Shown here: positions 17,441 through 28,100 of the stretch, one piece after another | How positions within the stretch are numbered: position 1 is the stretch's first letter | How the letters are laid out: each line of letters starts with the position of its first letter | NCBI GenBank assembly: GCA_963805975.1 | Contig: CAWDVR010000005.1 | Coordinates: 224,001-288,000 of the forward strand | Length of the DNA stretch: 64,000 bases | Direction: 5' to 3' | Origin: an uncultured Acidobacteriota bacterium | GTDB lineage: Bacteria; Acidobacteriota; Thermoanaerobaculia; Multivoradales; SZUA-115 | The notes under the pieces: model-generated | Told to the model about the DNA's origin: nothing | Seen by the model: only the letters and a program-made list of their open reading frames with translations | The model's database searches: none | Translations under genes and position numbers: made by a program

Positions 17441-20400
17441 TCAGCCCTCCTCCATGCCGGCGAGCAGGCGTTCCCGCTCGTCCTCGTCCACCCCGGCAAG
17501 GAGCTCCTCGGCGATCGCCTCGGCCAGCTCGGCGATGGTCGGCCCTTCGAACAGCGTGCGCACCGGCAGCTCGACACCGAAGGTCTCGCGCACCCGCGCC
17601 AGGAGCTGGATGACGAGCAACGAATGGCCGCCCAGGGCGAAGAAGTCGTCCTCCACCCCGACCTTTTCGGTGCCGAGCACCTCGGCCCACAGCGCCGCCA
17701 GCATCTCCTCCACCGCGGTGCGCGGCGCCACGTGCGCGGTTCCGCTCGCGAGCTGCCGGGCCCCAGGGAAGGCATGCGGGTCGGCCTCCGGATCGGGGAG
17801 CGCGCGGCGGTCGAGCTTGCCGTTGGGCAGCCGCGGCAGTGCCGGCAGGGCCACGAACCACGAGGGCACCATGTAGCCCGGCAGGCGCGCCGCGAGGAGC
17901 GTGCGGATCTCGCGGGCATCCGGCAGCAGCGCGCCGTCCTCCGCCACCAGGTAGGCGGCGAGGCGGCGGTCGGCGCCGCCTGCGCCCTCGAAGAGCGCCA
18001 CCGCGGCCTCGGCCACCCCGTCGAGGCTCACGAGCGCCGCCTCGATCTCCCCCGGCTCGATGCGGTAGCCGCGCACCTTGATCTGCTCGTCCACCCGGCC
18101 CAGGAACTCGAGCTCGGCCGCGGGCGTCCAGCGCGCCCGGTCGCCGGTCGCGTACAGGCGCTCGCCGGGCAGGCCGGAGAGGCCGTCCGGCACGAAGCGT
18201 TCGGCAGTCGTCGCCGGTCGGCCGAGGTAGCCGCGGGCGAGCCCGGCACCGCCCAGCAGCAGCTCGCCCGGCACCCCGAACGCGGCCGGGCGGCCGCGGC
18301 CCGCCTCCACCACCCAGGCGCGGAGGTTGGCGATCGGCCGGCCGATCGGCACCCGTGCGCTCCCGGCCTTCCAGCGCGAGCCGGGGAACACGGTCGCCGT
18401 CACCGTGGCCTCGGTGGGGCCGTAGGCGTTCACCCACTCGACATTTGGCCGTGCGCCCACCGCCGCCAGCCAGCCGTCGAGCGCCTCGGCGCGCGCCTGC
18501 TCGGTGCCCACCACCAGGCGCCGCAGGCAGGCCGGCACACCGCCGCCCGTGCGCCCGAGCTCGGCCACCCAGCCGTCCCAGTACGGGGTCGGCAGGTTGA
18601 CCACCGAGAGGCGCTCCTCCTCGACGAAGCTCTCGAAGCCGGCGAGCGACACCGCGAGCCCGGCCCCGCCCAGCACCAGCGTGGCGCCGGCGGCGAGCGC
18701 CGGGAAGATCTCCTCCACCGCCACGTCGAAGGAGAGCGAGGCGAGCTGCGGCATGCGGTCGCCGGGGCTCAAACCGTGGATCTCGACCGTGGCCCGGCAG
18801 TGGTTGGCGGCGGCACGGTGCGGCACCATCACGCCCTTGGGCTGGCCCGTCGAGCCCGAGGTGTAGATCACGTAGGCCGGGCTCTCGGGCTCCGGAGCGA
18901 GGCCGGGAATGGTTGGAGATGCTTGAGCGGGAGCCGCGCAGATCTCCTCGAGCTCGAGGCGCGGCCCGGCGAAGCCCGGCAGGCGGTCGCGCAGCCGAGC
19001 GCTCGAAAGGAGGGCGGCGGCGCCCGAGTCCTCCAGCATGTAGGCCAGGCGCTCGGCCGGGTAGGCAGGGTCGAGCGGGAGGTAGGCGGCCCCTGCTTCG
19101 AGCACGCCCAGCAGGCCGGCAAGCCCGGCGAGCGAGCGGTCGGCGAGGAGGCCGACCCGCGTTTCGGGGCCCCCTTCGCGCGTTGTACAACCCAGCTCCC
19201 GCAGCCGGCCCGCCACCGCCCGGGCCCGGCGCGCCAGCTCGCCGTAGCTCCAGGCTTCCTCGCCGGCCACGGCCGCGATGCGCTCCGGCGCCAGCGCCGC
19301 CTGCTCGGTGAACGGTGCGTGCAGCAGGCCGCTCGCCGGTGCCGGGCCGGCGGTGTCGCCGGCCTCGGCCAGGAGCTGGTGGCGCTCGGCGGCCGAGGCC
19401 AGTGGGAGCGAGGCGAGCGGCGCCTCGGGGGCCGCCAGCGCACCTTCGAGCAGGTTCCGCCAGTGGCGGAGCCAGCGCTCGGCCGTGGTGGCGTCGAAGA
19501 GGTCCAGGTCGTGCTCCAGCACCGCCTCCAGCCGCTCGCCGCGCGGCACCACGGTGAGCGAGAGCTCGAACTTGGCGCTGCCCACGTCGAGATCCACGCC
19601 CTCGAGCGCGAGGGCGGGCAGGGTGATGGCGGCGGGTTCCTCCTGGAAGGTGAACATGACCTGGAACAGCGGAGTGCGGCCGAGGTCCCGTTTGGGGGAC
19701 AAGTCCTCGACGATGCGCTCGAAAGGCACCTCGGCGTGGGTGAAGGCGCCGAGGGCCGAGTCGCGCACGCGGGATAGGAGGCCGGCGAAGGTCGGCCGGG
19801 CCCCGAGGTCGGCGCGGAGCACCAGGGTGTTGACGAAGAAGCCGACCACCCCTTCGAGGCGCGCCTGGCCACGGCCGGCCACCGGCACGCCGACGGCGAG
19901 ATCGCCCTGGCCCGAGAGCCGGGCGAGGAGGGCCTGGAAGGAGGCGGCGAGCGTCATGAACAGAGTGGGGGCCTGGCGGCGGAAGACCTGGCGCAGCTCG
20001 CCGGCGAGGCCCCTCTCCAGATAGATGCGCCGAACGCCGCCGCGTCCACTCCTCGCGGCGGTGCGCGGCCGGTCGGTGGGGAGGTCGAGGGCGGCGGGCA
20101 GGCCGGCGAGGTGCTCGCGCCAGTAGGCGAGGCCGTTTTCGAGCGCGGCCCCTTCCAAGTGACGGCGCTGCCAGAGGGCGTAGTCGAGGTGCTGGACGGG
20201 CAAGGGCGCGAGCGGCGAAGGTCGCCCGTCGTGGAAAGCCTGGTAGAGAGGGCCCAGCTCGCGGACCAGCAGCCCCATGGACCAGCCATCCGTGACGATG
20301 TGGTGCAGGGTGAGGACGAGGAGGTGGTCGCGGGCGTCCGCGCGGACCAGCAGGGCACGGACCAGGGGACCGCGGGCGAGATCGAACGAATGGCGTGCCT

Positions 20401-22180
20401 CGCGCGAGGCGAGAGAGCGAGCCCAGGCCGCGCGATCCTCCGGAGCGAGCGAGGAGAGGTCCACGAAGCGCGGGGCGAGGGCGCTGCTATCGCGCACCAC
20501 CTGCACGGGCTTGCCGTCCCGCTCGGTAAATACGGTGCGCAAGCTCTCGTGCCGCTCGGCCAACGCCGCCAGCGCCCGCGCGAGGGCGCCGAGGTCCAGC
20601 TCTCCCTGCATCCGCACTGCCGCGGGGATGTTGTAGGCCGCGGTGCCGGGCTCCAGCCGGTCCAGGAACCACAGTCTCTCCTGCGCGAACGACAGCGGGC
20701 CCTCGCCGCGCGAGGCCGCGCGCTCGATGGGCGGCAGCGCGGTCGCGGTGCTGGCCTGGATCGTCTGAGCGAGGCCGGCGACCGTGGGGGCCTCGAAGAA
20801 GGCGCGGACCCCGACCTCGGCGCCCAGGCTCTCGCGCACGCGGGAGAGGAGGCGCACGGCGGAGAGCGAGTGGCCGCCGGCCTCGAAGAAGCTCTCGTGG
20901 ATGCCGAGCCGGGAGGTGCCCAGCACCTCGCGGGCCAGCTCGGAGAGCGTCTCTTCGAGCGGCGTCCGCGGGCCGACCCAGGCGGCGAGGTCGGCTGCTC
21001 CGACACTCAGGTCAGGCGTGGGCAACGCCTTGCGATCGATCTTGCCGTTGGGCAGCCGTGGAAGAGCCGCCAGCTCGATGAAGGAGGCCGGCACCATGTA
21101 GCCGGGCAGGCCCTCGGCGAGCCGGGCTCGCAGCTCGACAGCGTCGGGCAGCCTCTCCCCATGCCGCGGAGCGAGATAGGCGGCGAGGCGGCGGTCCCCG
21201 TCTCCTGCCTCGTGGACCACGACCACGCACTCCGCCACTTCGGGCTGGGCGAGGAGCGCGGCCTCGATCTCGGCCAGCTCGATGCGGTAGCCGCGCACCT
21301 TCACCTGGTGATCGATGCGTCCCAGGAACTCCATCTCCTGAGAAGTCAGCCAGCGCGCGAGGTCACCGGTTCTGTAGAGCCGCTCGCCACCCCTGCCGGA
21401 GATGCCGTCCGGCACAAAGCGCTCGCCGGTGAGCGCCGGGCGGCCGAGGTAGCCGCGGGCGAGGCCCGCACCGCCCAGGAGCAGCTCGCCGGGCACTCCC
21501 AGCGGCAGGGGCCGGCCGCGGCGGTCCACCACGAAAGCGCGGCTGCCGGCGAGGGCGCGGCCGATGGTCGGCTCGGAGGTGCTTTCGCTCGCGACCCGCA
21601 CGCCGGTCGAGTAGGTGGTGTCCTCGGAGGGGCCGTAGAGGTTGTAGAGGCGCTCCACAGACGCCGCGGCGTAGACCTCGCCCGCCAGCGAGCGGCGCAG
21701 GGGCTCGCCCGCCAGGTTGACGGTCCTCACCGAGCGCGGCACGCCGCCGGCCCGCACCAGCTCGGTCATGGCCGAGGGCACGGTGTTGAGGAGCGTGACC
21801 GCGTCCCGGCCCGGCAGGCTGAGGAGATCGAGCGCGGTGCCGGCGAGCACCACGGTCGTGCCGCGGTTCCAGGGCACGAAGATCTCGAAGACCGAGAGAT
21901 CGAAGGAGATCGAGGTGGCGGCGAGCACGTGGGAGATCTCGTCGTCGGAGTAGACGGTCTCCGCCCAGGCGAGGAGGGCCACGGCGCTCGCGTGCTCGAT
22001 GGCGACGGCCTTGGGCACCCCGGTCGAGCCCGAGGTGAAGATGAGGTAGGCCAGGTTCTGGGGGGTGACGCGGAGAACCCGCCCGCCCGGGTCCTTCGCT
22101 GCGCTCAGGATGACAGCGGGGGTGTTTGTCATCCTGAGCGCAGCGAAGGATCTGGGCGGGGGCGGCCAGCTCCTCGCCAC
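17441..22180 (-). CDS. NRPS segment 3 of the FAAL-initiated synthetase: A7(Ala)-T-C-A8(basic residue)-T
   Basis: A7 code DLFNNALTYK, A8 code about DVENVGAVTK, GGHSL T motifs, HHIVTDGWS C motif. Joins the upstream segment through a +1 indel near 22070 (compare the paralogous site near 25480). Confidence 0.9.
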   Translation of the reverse strand: MARSWPPPPRSFAALRMTNTPAVILSAAKDPGGRVLRVTPQNLAYLIFTSGSTGVPKAVAIEHASAVALLAWAETVYSDDEISHVLAATSISFDLSVFEIFVPWNRGTTVVLAGTALDLLSLPGRDAVTLLNTVPSAMTELVRAGGVPRSVRTVNLAGEPLRRSLAGEVYAAASVERLYNLYGPSEDTTYSTGVRVASESTSEPTIGRALAGSRAFVVDRRGRPLPLGVPGELLLGGAGLARGYLGRPALTGERFVPDGISGRGGERLYRTGDLARWLTSQEMEFLGRIDHQVKVRGYRIELAEIEAALLAQPEVAECVVVVHEAGDGDRRLAAYLAPRHGERLPDAVELRARLAEGLPGYMVPASFIELAALPRLPNGKIDRKALPTPDLSVGAADLAAWVGPRTPLEETLSELAREVLGTSRLGIHESFFEAGGHSLSAVRLLSRVRESLGAEVGVRAFFEAPTVAGLAQTIQASTATALPPIERAASRGEGPLSFAQERLWFLDRLEPGTAAYNIPAAVRMQGELDLGALARALAALAERHESLRTVFTERDGKPVQVVRDSSALAPRFVDLSSLAPEDRAAWARSLASREARHSFDLARGPLVRALLVRADARDHLLVLTLHHIVTDGWSMGLLVRELGPLYQAFHDGRPSPLAPLPVQHLDYALWQRRHLEGAALENGLAYWREHLAGLPAALDLPTDRPRTAARSGRGGVRRIYLERGLAGELRQVFRRQAPTLFMTLAASFQALLARLSGQGDLAVGVPVAGRGQARLEGVVGFFVNTLVLRADLGARPTFAGLLSRVRDSALGAFTHAEVPFERIVEDLSPKRDLGRTPLFQVMFTFQEEPAAITLPALALEGVDLDVGSAKFELSLTVVPRGERLEAVLEHDLDLFDATTAERWLRHWRNLLEGALAAPEAPLASLPLASAAERHQLLAEAGDTAGPAPASGLLHAPFTEQAALAPERIAAVAGEEAWSYGELARRARAVAGRLRELGCTTREGGPETRVGLLADRSLAGLAGLLGVLEAGAAYLPLDPAYPAERLAYMLEDSGAAALLSSARLRDRLPGFAGPRLELEEICAAPAQASPTIPGLAPEPESPAYVIYTSGSTGQPKGVMVPHRAAANHCRATVEIHGLSPGDRMPQLASLSFDVAVEEIFPALAAGATLVLGGAGLAVSLAGFESFVEEERLSVVNLPTPYWDGWVAELGRTGGGVPACLRRLVVGTEQARAEALDGWLAAVGARPNVEWVNAYGPTEATVTATVFPGSRWKAGSARVPIGRPIANLRAWVVEAGRGRPAAFGVPGELLLGGAGLARGYLGRPATTAERFVPDGLSGLPGERLYATGDRARWTPAAELEFLGRVDEQIKVRGYRIEPGEIEAALVSLDGVAEAAVALFEGAGGADRRLAAYLVAEDGALLPDAREIRTLLAARLPGYMVPSWFVALPALPRLPNGKLDRRALPDPEADPHAFPGARQLASGTAHVAPRTAVEEMLAALWAEVLGTEKVGVEDDFFALGGHSLLVIQLLARVRETFGVELPVRTLFEGPTIAELAEAIAEELLAGVDEDERERLLAGMEEG

Positions 22181-25100
22181 CTACCCTCACCACCTCGCAC
22201 GGCAACCCCTCCAGCCGCTCTTCGAGCCCGCCGCCGGAGAGCACCCAGCGCGCTCCCGACTGCTCGACGAGCGCCCGCACCCTGGCCAGCGGGTAGGCGG
22301 GGTCGAGCGGCACATAGGCGCCACCGGCGCGGAGCACGGCGAGGAGCGCGATCAGCAGCTCGGGGCTGCGTTCCATGTAGAGGCCCACGCGGTCCTCGGG
22401 CTCGATCCCCCAGCCTTGGAGCCGTGCGGCCCAGGCGGCCGAGGCGCGCTCGACGGCGGCGTAGGAGAAGCGCTCGTCACCCCATACCAGGGCGACGGCC
22501 TCCGGCACGCGCTCGGCTTGGCGCTCGAAGCTTTCGTGGAGGCAGCCGGCGGAGCGCCTCCGACTGAGCGCGTGCTCCGCCTCGTTGGCCTCGACCCGCA
22601 CCTGGTGCTGCTCGGCGGGCGAGGAGAGCGGCAGCGCCACGAGCGGTGCCTCGGGCGCCTCGACCACCCCCTCGAGCAGGCGCTGCCAGTGGCGCAGCCA
22701 GCGCTCGGCGGTGGTGGCGTCGAAGAGGTCGGCGTCGAACTCCAGCACGGCTTCCAGCCGCTCGCCGCGCGGCACCACGGCGAGCGACAGCTCGAACTTG
22801 GCGGTGCCGGCGTCGAGGTCCACGCTTTCGAGAGTCAGCCCACCGAGGCTCGGGGCGGTCTCCCCTTCCTGGAAATTGAACAGCGCCTGGAAGAGCGGCG
22901 TGCGATCCAGGTCGCGATCGGGCGCCACTGCTTCGACCACGCGCTCGAACGGCGTGTCGGCATGGGTGAAGGCGCCGAGGGCGGAGTCGCGCACGCGGGA
23001 GAGGAGACCGGCGAAGCTCGGGCCGCCGCCGAGGTCGGCGCGGAGCACGAGGGTGTTGACGAAGAAGCCGACGATGCCTTCGAGCCGCGCCTGCCCGCGG
23101 CCGGCCACCGGCACGCCGACGGCGAGGTCGTTCTGGCCGGAGAGGCGGGCGAGGAGCGCCTGGAAGGACGCGGCGAGCGTCATGAACAGAGTGGCGCCCC
23201 GGCCACGGCCGAGGGCGCGCAACGCCGCGGAAAGCTCGTCAACGAGCACCACGCGCCTCCGGCCGCCGCGCCCGCCCCTCGCGGCGGCGCGCGGCCGGTC
23301 GGTGGGGAGATCGAGGGCGGCGGGCAGGCCGGCGAGGTGCTCGCGCCAGTAGGCGAGGCCGTTTTCGAGCGCGGCCCCTTCCAAGTGACGGCGCTGCCAG
23401 AAGGCGTAGTCGAGGTGCTGCACGGGCAAAGGCGCGAGCGGCGAAGGTCGCCCGTCGTGGAAAGCCTGGTAGAGAGTGCCCAGCTCGCGGACCAGGAGGC
23501 CCATGGACCAGCCGTCGGTGACGATGTGGTGGAGAGTGAGGACGAGGAGGTGGTCGGTCTCGGCGCTCTGCACGAGGAGAGCGCGGACCAGAGGGCCGCG
23601 GGCGAGCTCGAAAGGCCGGCGGGCCTCGCGGGCGGCGAGGGAGAGGGCGAGAGTCTCGCGGTCCTGGGGAGAAAGCGCGCCGAGGTCCACGAGACGCGGG
23701 CGGAAGTGGTTCGTCCAGCGCCCCTCACCCCGGCCCTCTCCCCGCTGACGCGGGGCGAGGGGGCCGGAAAGGACGTCCTCAGATCCCCCATCCCCACTTG
23801 CGGCAAGCTGACTGGCGCGAGCCGTGCCACCTGTCCTTGTTCCTCCCTCCGGTCCCCTCGCCCCGCTTGCGGGGAGAGGGTTAGGGTGAAGGGTGCTCCC
23901 ATCCAGCACCACCTGCACGGGCCTTCCATCGCGCTCGGTGAAGACCGTGCGCAGGCTCTCGTGCCGTTCCGCCAAGGCGGCCAGCGCTCGCGAGAGCGTG
24001 CCGAGATGCAGAGCACCGCGCATCCGCACTGCCGCGGGGATGTTGTACGCCGCCGTGCCGGGCTCCAGCCGGTCGAGGAACCACAGTCTCTCCTGGGCGA
24101 ACGACAGCGGGCCCTCGCCGCGCGAGGCCGCGCGCTCGATGGGCGGCAGCGCGGTCGCGGTGCTCGCCTGGATCGCCTGAGCGAGGCCGGCGACCGTGGG
24201 GGCCTCGAAGAAGGCGCGGACCCCGACCTCGGCGCCCAGGCTCTCGCGCACGCGGGAGAGGAGGCGCACGGCGGAGAGCGAGTGGCCGCCGGCCTCGAAG
24301 AAGCTCTCGTGGATGCCCAGCCGGGAGGTGCCCAGCATCTCCCGGGCCAGCTCGGAGAGCGTCTCTTCGAGCGGCGTCCGCGGGCCGACCCAGGCGGCGA
24401 GGTCGCCCTCGCCCGTGCCGGTCTCGGGAGCCGGAAGCGCCTTGCGGTCGATCTTGCCGTTGGGCAGCCGCGGCAGGGCGGCCAGCTCCACGAAGGAGGC
24501 CGGCACCATGTAGCCGGGAAGGCGCTCGGCGAGACGGGAGCGCAGCTCGGCTGCCTCGGGCAGCGCCTCGCCTTCGCGTGGCGTCAGGTAGGCGGCGATG
24601 CGGCGGTCCCCGCCCCCGGCCTCGTGCACCGCGACCACGGTCTCCCGGACCTCGGGCTGGGCCAGGAGCGCGGCCTCGATCTCGGCCAGCTCGATGCGGT
24701 AGCCGCGTACCTTGACCTGGTGGTCGATGCGTCCCAGGAACTCGAGCTCGTGACTCGTCAGCCAGCGCGCGAGGTCGCCGGTCGCATACAGGCGCTCGCC
24801 AGCCTGGCCGGAGATCCCATCGGGCAGGAAGCGCTCGGCGGTGAGGGCCGGGCGGCCGAGGTAGCCGCGGGCGAGGCCCGCACCGCCGAGCAGCAGCTCG
24901 CCGGGCACTCCCAGCGGCAGGGGCCGGCCGCGGCGGTCCACCACGAAAGCGCGGCTGCCGGCGAGGGCCCGGCCGATGGTGGGCTCGGCGGTGCCGGGCT
25001 CGACGAGGAGCCAGGTCGAGTAGGTGGTGTCCTCGGAAGGGCCGTAGAGGTTGTAGAGGCGTTCGACAGATGCCGCGGCGTAGACCTCGCCGGCCAGCGA

Positions 25101-28100
25101 GCGGCGCAGCGGCTCCCCCCCGAGGTTCACGGTGCGCACCGACTGCGGCACACCGCCGGCCCGCGCCAGCTCGGCCATGGCGGAGGGCACGGTGTTGATC
25201 AGTGTCACGGCCTCCCGACCCGGCAGGCTCAAGAGGTCGAGCGCGGTGCCGGCGAGCACCACGGTCGTGCCGCGGCTCCAGGGCACGAAGATCTCGAAGA
25301 TCGAGAGGTCGAAGGAGATCGAGGTGGCGGCGAGCACGTGGGAGATCTCGTCGTCGGAGTAGACGGTCTCCGCCCAGGCGAGGAGGGCCACGGCGCTCGC
25401 GTGCTCGATGGCGACGGCCTTGGGCACCCCGGTCGAGCCCGAGGTGAAGATGAGGTAGGCCAGGTTCTGGGGGGTGACGGGAGAACCCCCCCACCCGGGT
25501 CCTTCGCTGCGCTCAGGATGACAGCGGGGGTGTTCGTCATCCTGAGCGCAGCGAAGGATCTGGGCGGGGGCGGCCAGCTCCTCGCCACCTACCCTCACCA
25601 CCTCGCACGGCAACCCCTCGAGCCGCTCTTCGAGCCCGCCGCCGGAGAGCACCCAGCGCGCTCCGGACTGCTCGACGAGAGCGCGCACCCTGGCCAGCGG
25701 GTAGGCGGGGTCGAGCGGCACATAGGCGCCGCCGGCGCGGAGCACGGCGAGGAGGGCGATCAGCAGCTCGGGGCTGCGTTCGAGATAGAGGCCCACGCGG
25801 TCCTCGGGCTGAATTCCCCAGCTCTGGAGCCGCCTGGCCCAGGCAGTCGAAGCGCGCTCGACGGCGGCGTAGGAGAAGCGCTCGTCACCCCATACCAGGG
25901 CGACGGCCTCCGGCACGCGCCCGGTCTGGCGCTCGAAGCCATCGTGCAGGCAGCCGGCGGCATGGCTCCTGCTCAGCGCGTGCTCCGCCTCGTTGGTCTC
26001 GACCCGCACCTGGTGCTGCTCGGCGGGTGAGATCAGAGGCAATGCTGCGAGTGGCGCGCCCGCGGCTGCCACCGCGCCCTCGAGCAGACGCTGCCAGTGG
26101 CGCAGCCAGCGCTCGGCCGTCGTCGGGTCGAAGAGGTCGGCGTCGAACTCCAGCCAGACGGCGAGGCCGGTGGGGCGCTCTTCGAGAGCCAGCGTGAGGT
26201 CGAACTTCGCCGTGCCGGTGCCCACCTCGAAGCGGCGCCATTCGAGGCCGCCGAGCGACAGTGCCTCCTCGCCGCCTCCGTTCTGCAGCACGAGCATCGC
26301 CTGGAAGAGCGGCGTGCGGTCGAGATCGCGCTCGGGTGCCACGGCTTCCACCACACGCTCGAACGGCACCTCCTGCCGCTCGAAGGCGGCGAGCGCACCG
26401 CGGCCCGCGTCTGCGACCAGCTCCCCGAAGCTCGCCTGCGGCGGCACGGCCAGGCGCAGCGCCAGGGTGTTGACCAGGAAGCCGATCAGGCCCTCGTGCT
26501 CCAGCCGGGTGCGGCCGGCGACCGGTGTGCCGACGTTGACCTCGCGCTGGCCGGAGAGGCGTGCCAGGAGCGCGCCGAACGCCGCCAGGTAGACCGCGAA
26601 GGGCGTGGTGCCGTGTCTCCTGGCGAGCGCCGCCACCGCCGCGACGGGTGCTGCCGCCCACAGGGCCGCGCGATGGCCGCCCCGTCGCCGCCGTGCCGGC
26701 GCGCGCGGCCGGTCGGTGGGCAGGTCCAGGGCCGGCGAGCCGGCGAGGGCCTGCCGCCAGTCTTCGAGCTCACCGGCGAGCTCTCCCGAGGCCAAGCGCC
26801 GTCGCTGCCAGCGGGCGTAATCGCCGTACTGCAAGGCCAGCTCGGGGAGCTGGGCCTCGCGGCCCGTGACGCGCGCGTCGTAGAGCGCCGCCAGCTCGCG
26901 CACCAGGATGCTGCGCGACCAGGCGTCGGACACCGCGTGGTGGAGGGTCAGGAGCAGCAGATGCTCGCCGGGAGCGAGGCGCAGCAGCCGGCCGCGCCAG
27001 AGCGGCGCGCGCGAGAGGTCGAAGGGCCGCGCCGCCTCGCTCTCGGCCAGGCGGCGGGCGAGGGGCGCCGGTTCTCCAGCGGGGTCGAGGGCCGCGACAG
27101 CGGAGAGGTCCACCACCGGCAGCCGCACGGGGAGCACGGGGGCGACCTCCTGCATGGGCTCGCCCCCGGCCTCGCGGAAGGAGGCGCGCAGCACCTCGTG
27201 GCGGTCCACCACACCGGCGAGCGCCGCGGTCAGGGCGTCGTCGTCGAGCGGGCCCGAGAGCCGCGCGTGGTAGGGCAGGTTGTAGGCCGCGTCGCGTGGG
27301 TCGAGCCGGGAGAGGAACCACAGGCGCTCCTGGGAGAACGAAAGCGGCGCGGCGGCGCCCCTCACCCCGTCCCTCTCCCCGCTGGCGCGGGGCGAGGGCG
27401 CCCCCACCCAGCCGGGATCTCCCGTCCGATCCCCTCGCCCCGCTTGCGGGGAGAGGGCTAGGGTGAGGGGTCCCGGGCGCGCGGCCCCGGCGCGGGCCCG
27501 CGCTTCCTCCACCGCCGCCGCCAGACCGGCCAACGTCGGGCGCTCGAACACGGCCGAGAGCGGCAGCTCGATGTCGAAGGCGGCGCGGACTCGCGAGGCG
27601 AGCCGGGTGGCGAGGAGCGAGTGGCCGCCCAGGGCGAAGAAGTCATCCTCGCGACCGACGCGCTTCCCGCCCAGCAGCTCGGCCCAGATCGCGGCGAGCG
27701 CTTCCTCCACCGGCGTGCGCGGCGGCTCGGAGCCGCCGGCACCGCTCTCGGCCCCCCAGTCGGGCGCCGGCAGGGCGCGGCGGTCCACCTTGCCGTTGGG
27801 GTTGAGCGGCAAGGCCGGCAGCACCACGAAGACGGCCGGCACCATATAGACCGGCAGCCGCTCGCCGAGCGCACGCCGCAGCTCGTGCACGAAGCTTGCG
27901 CCGGGGACAGCCTCGGCCGGCACCACGTAGGCAGCGAGCGCGCGCCCACCGGGTGCGTCCTCGCGCAGGGTGACGGCCGCGGCGCGCACCGCGGGCAGGG
28001 CGGCGAGCGCGGCCTCGATCTCCGGCAGCTCGATACGGAAGCCGCGCAGTTTGACCTGGAGGTCGATGCGCCCCAGGAACTCGATCTCGCCGCCGGGCAG

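Larger units (their letters stand above)
19700..26150. repeat. Tandem module duplication (A6-T-C / A7-T-C), offset about 3.4 kb
   Basis: Long near-identical DNA stretches (for example 20784-21101 and 24196-24513), including the family B hairpin. Boundaries approximate. Confidence 0.75.

Noticed and set aside
17439-19190. N-terminal extension of ORF 6492..19190
   Set aside because: Overlaps the upstream NRPS in another frame; the real start is ATG 17438 with a strong RBS.
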